In this document: one piece after another, positions 45,583 through 55,245 of the stretch | Position numbering within the stretch: the first letter of the stretch is position 1 | Layout: each line of letters opens with the position of its first letter | Position numbers and translations under genes: made by a program | The notes under the pieces: generated by a model | What the model was told of the DNA's origin: nothing | Databases searched by the model: none | Seen by the model: the letters and a program-made list of their open reading frames with translations, nothing else | Source: an uncultured virus (IMG/VR IMGVR_UViG_3300030333_002313) | Lineage: Duplodnaviria; Heunggongvirae; Uroviricota; Caudoviricetes | IMG/VR virus record: IMGVR_UViG_3300030333_002313 | Reading direction: 5' to 3' (one strand) | DNA length: 64,000 bases

Positions 45583-45854
45583 ATTAAATCAGGCATTTGC
45601 TGAGGGGAAGATCTTCCCACAGTGAGCATAAGAATGAAGTATCCTATGAACCATATAGCGTTGAATATCCACGCTTGTCTATAGAGATACTTTCTTACAC
45701 CCATAGAGATTGCAACTCTCTTCAAGTCTGCTTCATTCTCTTCATTACCAATTGATCTAAAGATCTGTTCTATGATTACAGCAATGATTGTACCTATCAC
45801 TAGAGGATAGAATACAAAATTTGCAAATGATATAACGCTTATTAAAAATGTCAT
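45570..45854 (-). CDS. Two-TM membrane protein
   Basis: Two hydrophobic segments; coupled to neighbours. Confidence 0.75.
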   Translation of the reverse strand: MTFLISVISFANFVFYPLVIGTIIAVIIEQIFRSIGNEENEADLKRVAISMGVRKYLYRQAWIFNAIWFIGYFILMLTVGRSSPQQMPDLIWQG

Positions 45855-46429
45855 CTTGGTCTAGGTAAGTTAGGGAATCTTTGTAGTCTAACACTATCAG
45901 GGATACTCATCATAAAGGAAACCGACCATCTCTCGTCTTCCTCTTCATTCATACGAACCTCGTGGTCTTGATAACCTGGCCAGAAGTATAGGTCACCTTC
46001 ACGTGGTATCTGACAATGTGTTGTTGGCCAATAAGGTTTTATTCTCCAAGTAGTTTCTACTGCGTGTGAAGGATGATAGAGATAAAGATCGCCAGTATTG
46101 CCAGGTGGAACCTGTAGATAATAGGTTCCTGCAACATCGCACTCTGCGTGGTTGTGACGCATCTGGAACCCACCTTTCGGATTGATGTTAACCCAACAGT
46201 GTGTAACCTCAAGTTCTGGATCAAATAATTCTTGTTTTGAAAGAAGTAGATCATTAAACTCAGGGTACTCCTTATGTATCTGGTCATTAGAATGAATAGT
46301 ACTGTAACCCGTACCATAAAATTTATTCTCTGGTATACAAAACTCATCACGACGTGCTATTAAATCTTTCCTGAACTGACAGTGATTACCATATTCGTTA
46401 TTGCTTGTATAAAATGGAATGTCAAACAT
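45851..46429 (-). CDS. 2OG-Fe(II) oxygenase (HxH type)
   Basis: WVNIN, HNH, GTYY, EGDLYFWP...H, RWSVSF. Confidence 0.9.
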   Translation of the reverse strand: MFDIPFYTSNNEYGNHCQFRKDLIARRDEFCIPENKFYGTGYSTIHSNDQIHKEYPEFNDLLLSKQELFDPELEVTHCWVNINPKGGFQMRHNHAECDVAGTYYLQVPPGNTGDLYLYHPSHAVETTWRIKPYWPTTHCQIPREGDLYFWPGYQDHEVRMNEEEDERWSVSFMMSIPDSVRLQRFPNLPRPR

Positions 46430-48140
46430 CTTCAAATACCTTTGAGAACTCATTAACCTTTTCAAACCTGATAGTTCTATCAAATTTGTCTAGGAGTACA
46501 TCACCCTTATGAGAGATGATAAACATATTAGTATCAGTATATAACTCCTTAAGAATTTTTAGGAGTTCTTCTGTTGCTGTATTATCTAGTGAACTATCAA
46601 ACACTTCATCAAGTATTAATAGATTTGTGATGATAGAGTTCTTAAGTTTAGCAACGTGTCTCCAGGTAAAGAGGAGTGCTAAGTCAATCTTCTGCTTCTC
46701 ACCTTCAGAGAAGGATGAGTAAGAGAATTTATCACGATGACGTGACTTAATAACCTCACCAAATTCTTCATTCAAAGTAAAATTAATATACGTATCCATT
46801 GATGTTAGATACCTATTAATTCTCTGGTTAATGATAGGGATATACTTAGAAATAATTTTTGCTTTGATACCACCATCCTTTAAAAGATTACCAACTAACT
46901 TATAGTCTTGTGCTTCTTTGCTTACACCTGAACAAGCAGTCTCCTTAGCATCATACTCCTCTTGTAATTTGGTTAACAGTAACTGTTCCTTACCAAGATC
47001 TGACTCATCAGTTAAGTTCTTAATCTGAGATAATATATCAGTATTCTGCTTCATCAATTTTTGTTCTTCGTTTACCAGACGACGAATTTCAAATTGATAT
47101 TCAGTTACATTAGAACTATCTTCTCTCAATTTCTCAATCGTTTGAAGAGTCTTATGTACTTGTTTCTCTAGAGTACCTGCTGCTTCATTTAATTCATCAA
47201 CCTTTTCGTTTAGAGTTTTAACTTTAACCTTTCTGAATTTCTCTTCAATCTCCTGAGTACATACAGGACAAGATGAATTATCTTTAAAGAATTTAATATC
47301 TTTAGTAACTCTCTCCTGTCTTCCGTTTAACTTGCTCAGTATACCAAAGGTCTTTTTATATTCATCTTCTTTTGTCTTTAACTTTGTAGTGCTGTTAACG
47401 AGTTTGTTGATCTTCTTTTGGAACTCTTCGATCTCTTCTTTTAGAGTCTTCATTCGTTCTTCATTGTTATCAAACCTTTCCTTCTGATGAGCGATTCTCT
47501 CATCATTAACAATAGTAAGTTTTGATAAGGTCTTCTCCTGTGCTTTGATAGCAGCAGTAGCCATTTCCAGTTCGTGCTTACAGTCACGAAGTATCTCATT
47601 GTTATCCTTTACACGCTCCTTGAGGAGCATATTCATATAAGAAAAGATTTGAATGTCCAGTAGATCTTCAATGACTTCTCTCCTATGACTAGCACCTAAT
47701 TGCATAAAGGGCACAAAGGTACTGCTACCCAGTATAACAACCTGTGTAAATGATTTAAAGTTTAATTTTAAAATACTTTGCTCAAGGTATTTCTGATAGT
47801 CTCTGTTAGCAGCATCCTGATCTATAAGAGAATCGTTACGATATATCTCAAATACACCTGGTTTAATTCCACGTACTACCTTATAATCTATTGTACCTAC
47901 TTGAAATTCTATCTCAACTAAAGTATCTCTCTCGTTGATTGTATTAACTAACTGTGACTTTGTGATCTTCCTGAAAGGTTTATTAAACAATCCAAAGCAC
48001 AGAGCATCCAACATCGTTGATTTACCTGCACCATTCGCTCCAATAACAAGAGTGGAAGGGGTCTTAGTAAAATCAAGTTCAGTGAATTGGTTGCCTGTGC
48101 TTAAGAAGTTTCTCCAACGAATCTTCTCAAAGGTGATCAT
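46422..48140 (-). CDS. gp46: SbcC/Rad50-like recombination endonuclease subunit (gp46)
   Basis: GANGAGKS, CPVC hook, SEGE, LDEVFD. Confidence 0.98.
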   Translation of the reverse strand: MITFEKIRWRNFLSTGNQFTELDFTKTPSTLVIGANGAGKSTMLDALCFGLFNKPFRKITKSQLVNTINERDTLVEIEFQVGTIDYKVVRGIKPGVFEIYRNDSLIDQDAANRDYQKYLEQSILKLNFKSFTQVVILGSSTFVPFMQLGASHRREVIEDLLDIQIFSYMNMLLKERVKDNNEILRDCKHELEMATAAIKAQEKTLSKLTIVNDERIAHQKERFDNNEERMKTLKEEIEEFQKKINKLVNSTTKLKTKEDEYKKTFGILSKLNGRQERVTKDIKFFKDNSSCPVCTQEIEEKFRKVKVKTLNEKVDELNEAAGTLEKQVHKTLQTIEKLREDSSNVTEYQFEIRRLVNEEQKLMKQNTDILSQIKNLTDESDLGKEQLLLTKLQEEYDAKETACSGVSKEAQDYKLVGNLLKDGGIKAKIISKYIPIINQRINRYLTSMDTYINFTLNEEFGEVIKSRHRDKFSYSSFSEGEKQKIDLALLFTWRHVAKLKNSIITNLLILDEVFDSSLDNTATEELLKILKELYTDTNMFIISHKGDVLLDKFDRTIRFEKVNEFSKVFEDV

Positions 48141-48394
48141 AATGACAGAGGAGGAATAACGAGATCTTCAGGATTGATGAAAGTATAATGATAGTTATGA
48201 GCAGAACAATTGTCTATAACAATGTCCTCCTCTACTTCAGTTACTTGCAGTGGACGTTTATAGTCAACTGCTTCTAGCATACCATAATAACGCACTGCGT
48301 CATCTTTGTCAACAAAAATTTGCACGACCTTTTTTCCATCAGCACCAGTGACAGCATATACTCCTCCAGTAGATTTATCCAACAATATAAACAT
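48137..48394 (-). CDS. DUF3110-like protein
   Basis: GGVYAV...F..DDA.RY..MLEA...LVIPP. Confidence 0.65.
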   Translation of the reverse strand: MFILLDKSTGGVYAVTGADGKKVVQIFVDKDDAVRYYGMLEAVDYKRPLQVTEVEEDIVIDNCSAHNYHYTFINPEDLVIPPLSL

Positions 48395-49458
48395 TAAAGA
48401 TTGAGTGCTTCTGTGTACAACGATTTTAGAATATTCACTACGTTAGTTTTGTCTATAGAATCTTCCAAGTCTTGTACATAATTTTCTAGTATTGTAATCG
48501 TATCTTCTGTCTCAAGATTTTCATCCACGTCAACCATATCTAAAGATAGATCTTCAATGATCTTGAGATCTGCTACATCACTATCTTGCAGTGATTTAAT
48601 GTAACGATCAAACCATACTTGGTTCTCTCTATTCTGTACGATTACCTTTACATAAGATCCCTTTAACTTAGTGAAGTCAGGTAAAGTTTCATAATCCTTT
48701 TGAACATCATCATAATATAATTTGTTAAAGATTTGATAAGGATTAAGATGGAATGTTAGGTTAAGTGTATCTGTATTTAGGGTGTGGAACCCTCTTCTCT
48801 GACCGTAATCATTCCAGTAAAGTTGGTACGGGTTTCCGAGATAGTTGATGTTACCTTGCTTTGACTTCATATGGAAGTGTCCTGAGCAGCATAACTTAAA
48901 CTTATTATATGGTGATGGATCATCACCGTGCTCCATAAATCTACCTGGTATTGCTTCGAACCCTGTTAGTTCTAAGTGTCCAAAACATACTGGTGCATCT
49001 GACTCCTCAACCATCTTATTTACTTGCTTTCTATTATCGTCACAAATCCAAGGCAGCATTAATATTCTAACACCTTCAACTTCAATCTCTTCTGGTTCTG
49101 TGTAGATTTTTATATTGTCATACTCACCTAGGAGGTGCTCAGGTGAATTAATTTTAAGTGTGTTCTTATAGTATATGTCGTGGTTACCAATAAGCATATG
49201 CATCTGGACACCCATCTCTCTGAGAGGATCGAACCACATCTCTCTAGCAGATTCGAGCGACAAAAAATTTATAGCCTTTCTCTTATCAAAGGAATCTCCA
49301 AGACACATCACAGTTGTGATCTTGTGTCTCTTGATATATGGTATGACTGTATTAGTATAGAACTCTCTATACTTCTCTATGAATACTTGATTGTCGTTGC
49401 GTACTCCAAAGTGCTGATCAGTTATCAGCAGCAGTTTTTTGTTTGATGTCATACTCAA
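48394..49458 (-). CDS. gp47: SbcD/Mre11-like nuclease (gp47)
   Basis: DQHFG, GDSFD, GNHD, GHFH. Confidence 0.97.
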   Translation of the reverse strand: MSMTSNKKLLLITDQHFGVRNDNQVFIEKYREFYTNTVIPYIKRHKITTVMCLGDSFDKRKAINFLSLESAREMWFDPLREMGVQMHMLIGNHDIYYKNTLKINSPEHLLGEYDNIKIYTEPEEIEVEGVRILMLPWICDDNRKQVNKMVEESDAPVCFGHLELTGFEAIPGRFMEHGDDPSPYNKFKLCCSGHFHMKSKQGNINYLGNPYQLYWNDYGQRRGFHTLNTDTLNLTFHLNPYQIFNKLYYDDVQKDYETLPDFTKLKGSYVKVIVQNRENQVWFDRYIKSLQDSDVADLKIIEDLSLDMVDVDENLETEDTITILENYVQDLEDSIDKTNVVNILKSLYTEALNL

Positions 49459-49636
49459 TTACAATCTTCTTGGACATTCTACCAGTTGAATTGGAAGTGG
49501 TCAACTGTGTCCACTCACCTTTAAGCAATGCTTCCATTACCTTCTTATCCAACCCACATAGGTTTACAGCATTATCTACTGCTGCTCTGACTGATTCAAG
49601 ACCATCAGGATATTCTTTTGACCAACGATCTTTCAT
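49418..49636 (-). CDS. Hypothetical protein
   Basis: 72 aa ending ...SKKIVIEYD. Confidence 0.65.
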   Translation of the reverse strand: MKDRWSKEYPDGLESVRAAVDNAVNLCGLDKKVMEALLKGEWTQLTTSNSTGRMSKKIVIEYDIKQKTAADN

Positions 49637-49704
49637 TTTTTAAACAACCCAAGTCTTATAAGAACGTACATAATAATCACAGTCCAAAATAAAGTGTACC
49701 ACAT
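49633..49704 (-). CDS. 23 aa single-TM micro-protein (not in ORF track)
   Basis: MWYTLFWTVIIMYVLIRLGLFKK; starts just after the gp55 stop and is ATGA-coupled to the next gene. Confidence 0.6.
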   Translation of the reverse strand: MWYTLFWTVIIMYVLIRLGLFKK

Positions 49705-49706
49705 AG

Positions 49707-50192
49707 TTAATAGCGAGTGTTCATTTCAATACGTGACTTGATGCCACTTAGTTCTGCATTAGAAGAAGGATCGTCTGAATGGAATACCTGATCAAATCCA
49801 CTCTTCTCTATAATCTTATCTTTTATATCCATCTGTCTTTTCTCTTTAGCAATTCTTCTTAGGAAGGCATAGTATACTATCTGAGTGAAGTAAGCGAATG
49901 GATTCTTACTCTTGGCAGGATCAAAGTTGTCGATGTACTGCACGCAGTTCTCTACACCGTCTGATATCATATCCTCCTTGTACATATAGTTAATAAAGTT
50001 AGGACGATAAGACAAATGTGTTGCTATCTTTAAAAAGCAATCACCAATGTATTCATCTATGCGAGGTTTCTTCTTACCTCTAATTTTAGCCAATTCAACC
50101 TTATCACGATAAGCCACGATTGCCTTTAGGAACTTTTGGTTATCGACGTAATGTTGATTTTTGGTATTTTTTCTCGCCACCATAAATGCCAT
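49707..50192 (-). CDS. gp55: Late transcription sigma factor (gp55)
   Basis: HYVDN, YRPNF..Y, MISDG, NPFAYFTQI, AFLRRI. Confidence 0.97.
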   Translation of the reverse strand: MAFMVARKNTKNQHYVDNQKFLKAIVAYRDKVELAKIRGKKKPRIDEYIGDCFLKIATHLSYRPNFINYMYKEDMISDGVENCVQYIDNFDPAKSKNPFAYFTQIVYYAFLRRIAKEKRQMDIKDKIIEKSGFDQVFHSDDPSSNAELSGIKSRIEMNTRY

Positions 50193-50217
50193 ATCTTACA
50201 GGTAGTTGCATAACAAA

Positions 50218-50268
50218 ATTATATCAGAAATGGAGTAGCTTGACAAGTTGCGTAAATGTGGTTAGACT
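50218..50268. promoter_or_regulatory. Back-to-back sigma70 promoters sharing one -35 region
   Basis: Minus strand TTGTCA-N17-TATAAT towards gp55; plus strand TTGACA-N17-TAGACT. Confidence 0.7.
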
Positions 50269-50296
50269 CAACACTGTCAGGGTTGGTGGGAAAGAC

Positions 50297-50746
50297 TTAG
50301 CTAATATCTTGATTAAATAGATCTTCTAATTTCTTTCGGGTCTCATCGACTTTACCGATAAGTCCCATTTCCATATTGGGATCAATTTCTTTTGAGGAAG
50401 ATTTACCTGGTGGATTCTTTAATTGCATTTCAGATTTAATAAAATATTTGTACATTAATATTGCTTCCGTGCTTAACGGAGCGATTGTAAGAATCCTATC
50501 TTCAGGTATGATATAAAAATCTTCTGCGGAAAAAACCATCCACTTCTTTAGACCTACAGCTACAGCCCTCCGTCCGTCGGACAATGTGTCATTTGCGTGA
50601 ACCTTTGCAGGATCTTGAATAAATGCCATATGTCCACCTTCTTCATCAGATACTACTATCTTACCAATGATCTCCTCTCCGTTCATAAGCTTGATAGCTC
50701 CGAAGAATTCTTCATCAGGTCGAATGTAACTGAGGGATTGACTCAT
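50297..50746 (-). CDS. Conserved Sm-like fold protein downstream of uvsW
   Basis: IKLMNGEEIIG...DP...KKWM.FS pattern. Confidence 0.75.
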   Translation of the reverse strand: MSQSLSYIRPDEEFFGAIKLMNGEEIIGKIVVSDEEGGHMAFIQDPAKVHANDTLSDGRRAVAVGLKKWMVFSAEDFYIIPEDRILTIAPLSTEAILMYKYFIKSEMQLKNPPGKSSSKEIDPNMEMGLIGKVDETRKKLEDLFNQDIS

Positions 50747-52209
50747 TTCTTGTCTCCTAAATTAATCTCAGTGATGCCATAACTGAACTTCTCATCGTTA
50801 TAAATTCTGATCCGTTCAGTCAAATGGTTTAGAGTGAAATTTCTAAACTTACCATTACTAATGTCATCAGCAAAATCATAAAGTGTAGCACGTGCCTTTG
50901 AATCGTGCTTCCTCAAGGCTCTACCTATTGATTGTAGGTTCCGAACTCTTGATTTAGTTGGTGAGGCAAAGATAACATTATGTAGGTTCTTGATATTGAT
51001 ACCTGTACTAAAGGTACCGTACGAAGCAAGGATGATAGCGTTGTCAGACGCTTCACAGATTTGTCGTACTTCTTCACGTTCATCAGTGGGGACACCACCG
51101 TGAATATAAAACAAATGTTTAGATTTGTTATTACTATTTAGCATTTCCCACAAAACGTCTCCGTGCTTCTCGATAAAATTGAATAGTATCAAGGTGTTTC
51201 CAGAGATATCTTTTGCTAGTCCAGTGATGATTTTATTCCGTTTCCTATTACCTATGATATAATTTATCTCATCCTGATAAGAATCAAATCCAATGTAATC
51301 GTGCTTACAGACTAGAATGTTGATCTTTAACTCTGATAGATACGAAGACTTCTGTAGGTCTGTTGTCCTAATACTTCTTTCTACGGGACCAAATAGACCT
51401 TCTAATACTAACTGGTTGCATTGAAGACCGTCGAGAGTACCAGTAAGACCCACGCGAAAGTTAGCGTTATGGCACTTATTAAGAATGGACGTAAGTGATT
51501 TTGCTTTGTATAAGTGTGCTTCATCTCCTATTACCGCATCGAAACGTTTAAAGTATGACTTGTCTTCCTTATAGATTGACTGCCACGTACTAATTATAAC
51601 CTGAGCCTTAGTGTATTTTTCTTTACCACCATAGATCTGATCTACAGTACCTTGACAATAGAATCCATATGATTGAAAATCTTTATATAATTGTTCTACT
51701 AATGATGTTGTTGGTACTATGATTAAGACTTCTAAGTTCCTTTGTATGTACCATCTCATCAAACAATATATTATTAAACTCTTCCCTGATCCAGTTGGGC
51801 TGAGTATAAGCCGTCTATATCGACGAAGTGCTGAGTAAATTGCTTTGAGTTGGTAATCTCTTGCCTTGATAGGCATAGCCAGAGATCGAACAAAACGAGC
51901 AATTGTCTGCGGTGTAACTTCTGCATCTGTGTCTCCTGGTTTTCCGAATTGTTGATTATCTTCGATGGTGTACTCATACCCCATCTTCTCCAACCATTCA
52001 ACCAGGTAGTGATAAAGTCCTACGTACAGCTCACCAGTGCCAGGAGAATACAGACGGATCTTACCATCCCATCTCCTGTACCTACGCTGTTGTTGTAGGA
52101 ATTTTGCTTCAGGAACTTCAAAGGTAAAGTACTCAGACAATTCGTGATGAATATGCTGCTCAGTACCTATCCTAAGATAGACATCATTCTTTTTAACAAT
52201 GGAAGTCAT
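50743..52209 (-). CDS. uvsW: UvsW RNA-DNA/DNA helicase
   Basis: PTGSGKS, DEAH, QSIGR.LR. Confidence 0.97.
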   Translation of the reverse strand: MTSIVKKNDVYLRIGTEQHIHHELSEYFTFEVPEAKFLQQQRRYRRWDGKIRLYSPGTGELYVGLYHYLVEWLEKMGYEYTIEDNQQFGKPGDTDAEVTPQTIARFVRSLAMPIKARDYQLKAIYSALRRYRRLILSPTGSGKSLIIYCLMRWYIQRNLEVLIIVPTTSLVEQLYKDFQSYGFYCQGTVDQIYGGKEKYTKAQVIISTWQSIYKEDKSYFKRFDAVIGDEAHLYKAKSLTSILNKCHNANFRVGLTGTLDGLQCNQLVLEGLFGPVERSIRTTDLQKSSYLSELKINILVCKHDYIGFDSYQDEINYIIGNRKRNKIITGLAKDISGNTLILFNFIEKHGDVLWEMLNSNNKSKHLFYIHGGVPTDEREEVRQICEASDNAIILASYGTFSTGINIKNLHNVIFASPTKSRVRNLQSIGRALRKHDSKARATLYDFADDISNGKFRNFTLNHLTERIRIYNDEKFSYGITEINLGDKK

Positions 52210-52631
52210 CAGACAGGGAACTCGTACCGCTTTGCATCAATCGCATTCTTCACTTGGAATCCACGATTGTTTATCATCTTGAGAATGTTCTCAATGTAGT
52301 TTATACAAGTCTCAAAATATTTAATTGTCAATGTCTGCTTTGCTATATCCTCATCACTATCTAAGAAGATACTTAGATCTCCCTTAAGAACCTTAAGGTC
52401 AAAGTATTCTCCTTTAGCATTTGGACCTTTACCATTGTAATATAACCACTTCTGTTTCCTGATTACACCTAGTTCTATCTTCTTCTCTTCAAGAATTAGT
52501 TTGTACTTATTGTAGTACACGTGATACTTTTGATGAAGTCTTGGTATAACTAAAGACTCATCACCCAAATTTAATTCATCAAAGAGACAATCTTTTGCCC
52601 AAGACTCTTGGAGTTCATCAAGTAATGCCAC
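52209..52631 (-). CDS. uvsY: Recombination mediator
   Basis: Position before uvsW; LHQKY, YYNGK, RGFQVKNAI. Confidence 0.9.
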   Translation of the reverse strand: MALLDELQESWAKDCLFDELNLGDESLVIPRLHQKYHVYYNKYKLILEEKKIELGVIRKQKWLYYNGKGPNAKGEYFDLKVLKGDLSIFLDSDEDIAKQTLTIKYFETCINYIENILKMINNRGFQVKNAIDAKRYEFPV

Positions 52632-52812
52632 CTGTGTGCTCCTCCATAATATCCATAATTTGTTCGAACGACTTGATGTGATCTATATCACTAAGAAGTT
52701 TCGCAAGTTGTGAAACCACTAAGGGTTTCTCATTAATAGCACCGTATTTAAGTGCAGCACGTATGTTGCCACTAGCATCATTAAGATGCTCCAAAGTTTG
52801 CTTTGATAACAT
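52618..52812 (-). CDS. Hypothetical protein
   Basis: 64 aa helical ORF within the operon. Confidence 0.7.
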   Translation of the reverse strand: MLSKQTLEHLNDASGNIRAALKYGAINEKPLVVSQLAKLLSDIDHIKSFEQIMDIMEEHTGGIT

Positions 52813-52814
52813 AA

Positions 52815-53384
52815 TTAACTCAAGTTAGTTTTACGAGTACCTGCCAAGGATTGAATCTCGTATGACGTATAATCAAATGAAACACTTGCCTGGAAGTATT
52901 CTTGTTCAGATAATGTAGCATCAAATTCCAAAGTACTTAGTGAAGTTGGTTTTAAGTCTTTGAAGTTCACATTATATAGTGGTTGGAAATTTGAATTTAA
53001 AATTGCTAGAGTACCATCAGCATATCTAAGATCACCTAGAGACTTACCGTAGTTAGTCTTAAGACTCATAGGTTGATTCTCTTCGAAGTCTGCTCTTTCT
53101 TTGAAGTTATCTGGTACACCCAATGCTCTCATCCAGTTATGAAGAATGAGATAGTTCTCCATATCTTCATCAATCAAGAAGTTTAAACTAAGTTCACCAT
53201 AGGATATGGTACCTTCTAAATTGATACTACGATAGGGAGTTGGTTGATCTACCAAGCTAACACTCATTTCTGGTACGTTAGCAGACTGTGCAAAGTATGC
53301 CACCTTGGGAAACTTTGCCAGTACGAAACGGAAACCACCTGGGCTTAAGAAATTCCTATTTGAGATTTGACTAGTGAAAGACAT
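52815..53384 (-). CDS. gp3: Tail completion / tube terminator (gp3)
   Basis: NFLSPGGF.F, FLIDEDMENY..LHNW; late box CTAAATA at 53415-53421. Confidence 0.92.
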   Translation of the reverse strand: MSFTSQISNRNFLSPGGFRFVLAKFPKVAYFAQSANVPEMSVSLVDQPTPYRSINLEGTISYGELSLNFLIDEDMENYLILHNWMRALGVPDNFKERADFEENQPMSLKTNYGKSLGDLRYADGTLAILNSNFQPLYNVNFKDLKPTSLSTLEFDATLSEQEYFQASVSFDYTSYEIQSLAGTRKTNLS

Positions 53385-53421
53385 TTACTATATTAGTGGG
53401 CACCGTCGTACCACTATTTAG

Positions 53422-53586
53422 TCACATCCAGTACTCGTCTAAAACATCAAGTGCTCTATTCAAATAGTCATTTGCACCTTTACATTCCCATTCACCCTTT
53501 TCTCCTATCTCACACTTATAATGCAACTCTCTTTTAAGCTGCATAAGTTTATTGGTCATTGCTACTTTGTCTAATCTACCGTTCAT
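53422..53586 (-). CDS. Hypothetical protein (54 aa; not in ORF track)
   Basis: MNGRLDKVAMTNKLMQLKRELHYKCEIGEKGEWECKGANDYLNRALDVLDEYWM. Confidence 0.75.
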   Translation of the reverse strand: MNGRLDKVAMTNKLMQLKRELHYKCEIGEKGEWECKGANDYLNRALDVLDEYWM

Positions 53587-53746
53587 TTTTAATACCTAGT
53601 ACGTAATCTATCGAGTTCGGGTGGTCGTGGATATATGGTACGTCTTCTACAGCAATACTTCTTGCATCATAGGAATTCTCAGCAGTCACACAAATTTCCT
53701 GATGATGGTGTGAGTTGTCCATATACCCGACATTGTAATGGGTCAT
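53576..53746 (-). CDS. His-rich hypothetical protein (56 aa; not in ORF track)
   Basis: MTHYNVGYMDNSHHHQEICVTAENSYDARSIAVEDVPYIHDHPNSIDYV; TAAGGAG SD and an upstream late box. Confidence 0.75.
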   Translation of the reverse strand: MTHYNVGYMDNSHHHQEICVTAENSYDARSIAVEDVPYIHDHPNSIDYVLGIKNER

Positions 53747-53790
53747 TGGCACACTCCTTAATAATGGTTCTAATATTTAGGCTATGACAT

Positions 53791-53817
53791 AAAAAAAGAG
53801 ACCCCGAAGGGTCTCTC
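53791..53817 (-). terminator. Intrinsic terminator after gp23
   Basis: AGAGACCC-TTCG-GGGTCTCT followed by a T-run. Confidence 0.95.
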
Positions 53818-53841
53818 TTGTGTGTATATCGAAACTTCGAT

Positions 53842-55200
53842 TTACATTAGGTTGTCAACCAAACTACGTCTGTAGTAGCGGTTTGCATTGGCAGTAAGTG
53901 CACCTTCACCTTGAGTAGTACCCTCAGCGAATGGGTTAGCAACTAGACCATATCTGGTCTTAAAGCCAATTTTTGGTTGGAATGTATCCTGACCAACCGC
54001 ACGAACCATCTGTAGAGGAACGTATGGGCAGTAGAATAAACCAGCATCATATGCAGAACCACCTTTGTAACCTGCGACGTAGAAGTGTCTGTCACTTACG
54101 TTTGCAGAGTAAGGGTCAACATAAACCTTGATTCTTCCGTTAAGAGTACCAGCAAGTGTGCTGCTATTGTCATCAGGAAGTAGATTGCTGTTTCCAGAAA
54201 GAGCAGGAGTGTAATCAAGTACACCAGCCATTGAAAGTGCAGAAGCAACGTCAGCGGAACAAATTAAGATGTTCCCCTTTCCACGACGAGTTTCGTGCCC
54301 GATGGCGTTCATATCTCTTTCAATGTTGAAAAGTAAACCTTTGAACTTCTCAACTGACCATCTACCATTGGAGTCAACGTCTAAGTCGAAGATACCAGCA
54401 GTTGCTGTATTGTTCTGAGAACCAGGTCTTGCAACCTTGTATACAGTTCTAACAACTTCTCTGTTGATCTCAGCGAGAACTTCAGTAGAAAGAATGTTTG
54501 CTAGTTCAGACTCAGCGTCCAATCCGTGAACGGCTTTGAGGTCTTGAGCCAATTCTAAACTGTACTCAGCTTTGAGTGCTCTGGACTTAGCAGTCACAGT
54601 AACTTTCTCAATGCTGAAGTTCATTTCAGCGAATTGGTTGCCAGCAGCATCACCTAATGCTTCTGACTCAGCAGTAGTCATACCTGTTGAGGTATTGTAA
54701 GTACCACTGTCGTTAAGTAATCCTGGGTTAGATCCAGCTTGTGCTGTTCTACCTAGATCACTTGCTGCGTTCTCTGCTGAGAATTCTGTGTCTGCTTCAT
54801 TGTAGAATGCTTCAGTTCCAGCAGTACGGTTTGTACCGTAGCGTGAACGCATTGCGAAGATAAGTCCAGTAGGACCAGTCATTGGCTGAACACCAGCAAT
54901 GTCATAAGCAATAAGCTTAGGCATTGAACGTCTGATCAAGCTAATGAGAACAGGATCGAAACCTGCACTTGGACCTGTGGCAGTAGCGGTGGCACTGAAA
55001 CCTGCAACGGATGAGGTTGATGCTGTGCTAACTGTTGGAGCTGCTTCGTTAAGAACTCCAGCTTCTTCTCTTAAAAATTTTTCTTGGTTTTCGAGCAGGA
55101 CTGCGGTGACCGCTTTCTTGTAGTTATCCTTGATAGAATCAAGTCCTTCACAATCAAGTACGGGGTTCCACTTTTCCTGCAACTGTTCAGAATTGAACAT
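53842..55200 (-). CDS. gp23: Major capsid protein (gp23)
   Basis: GVQPMTGPTGLIFAMR, AEINRE, YCPYVPL, KTRYG. Confidence 0.99.
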   Translation of the reverse strand: MFNSEQLQEKWNPVLDCEGLDSIKDNYKKAVTAVLLENQEKFLREEAGVLNEAAPTVSTASTSSVAGFSATATATGPSAGFDPVLISLIRRSMPKLIAYDIAGVQPMTGPTGLIFAMRSRYGTNRTAGTEAFYNEADTEFSAENAASDLGRTAQAGSNPGLLNDSGTYNTSTGMTTAESEALGDAAGNQFAEMNFSIEKVTVTAKSRALKAEYSLELAQDLKAVHGLDAESELANILSTEVLAEINREVVRTVYKVARPGSQNNTATAGIFDLDVDSNGRWSVEKFKGLLFNIERDMNAIGHETRRGKGNILICSADVASALSMAGVLDYTPALSGNSNLLPDDNSSTLAGTLNGRIKVYVDPYSANVSDRHFYVAGYKGGSAYDAGLFYCPYVPLQMVRAVGQDTFQPKIGFKTRYGLVANPFAEGTTQGEGALTANANRYYRRSLVDNLM

Positions 55201-55245
55201 TGCTTTTTTTCTCCTTGGAAATAGTAGTTTTAATCAATTAGTCAT

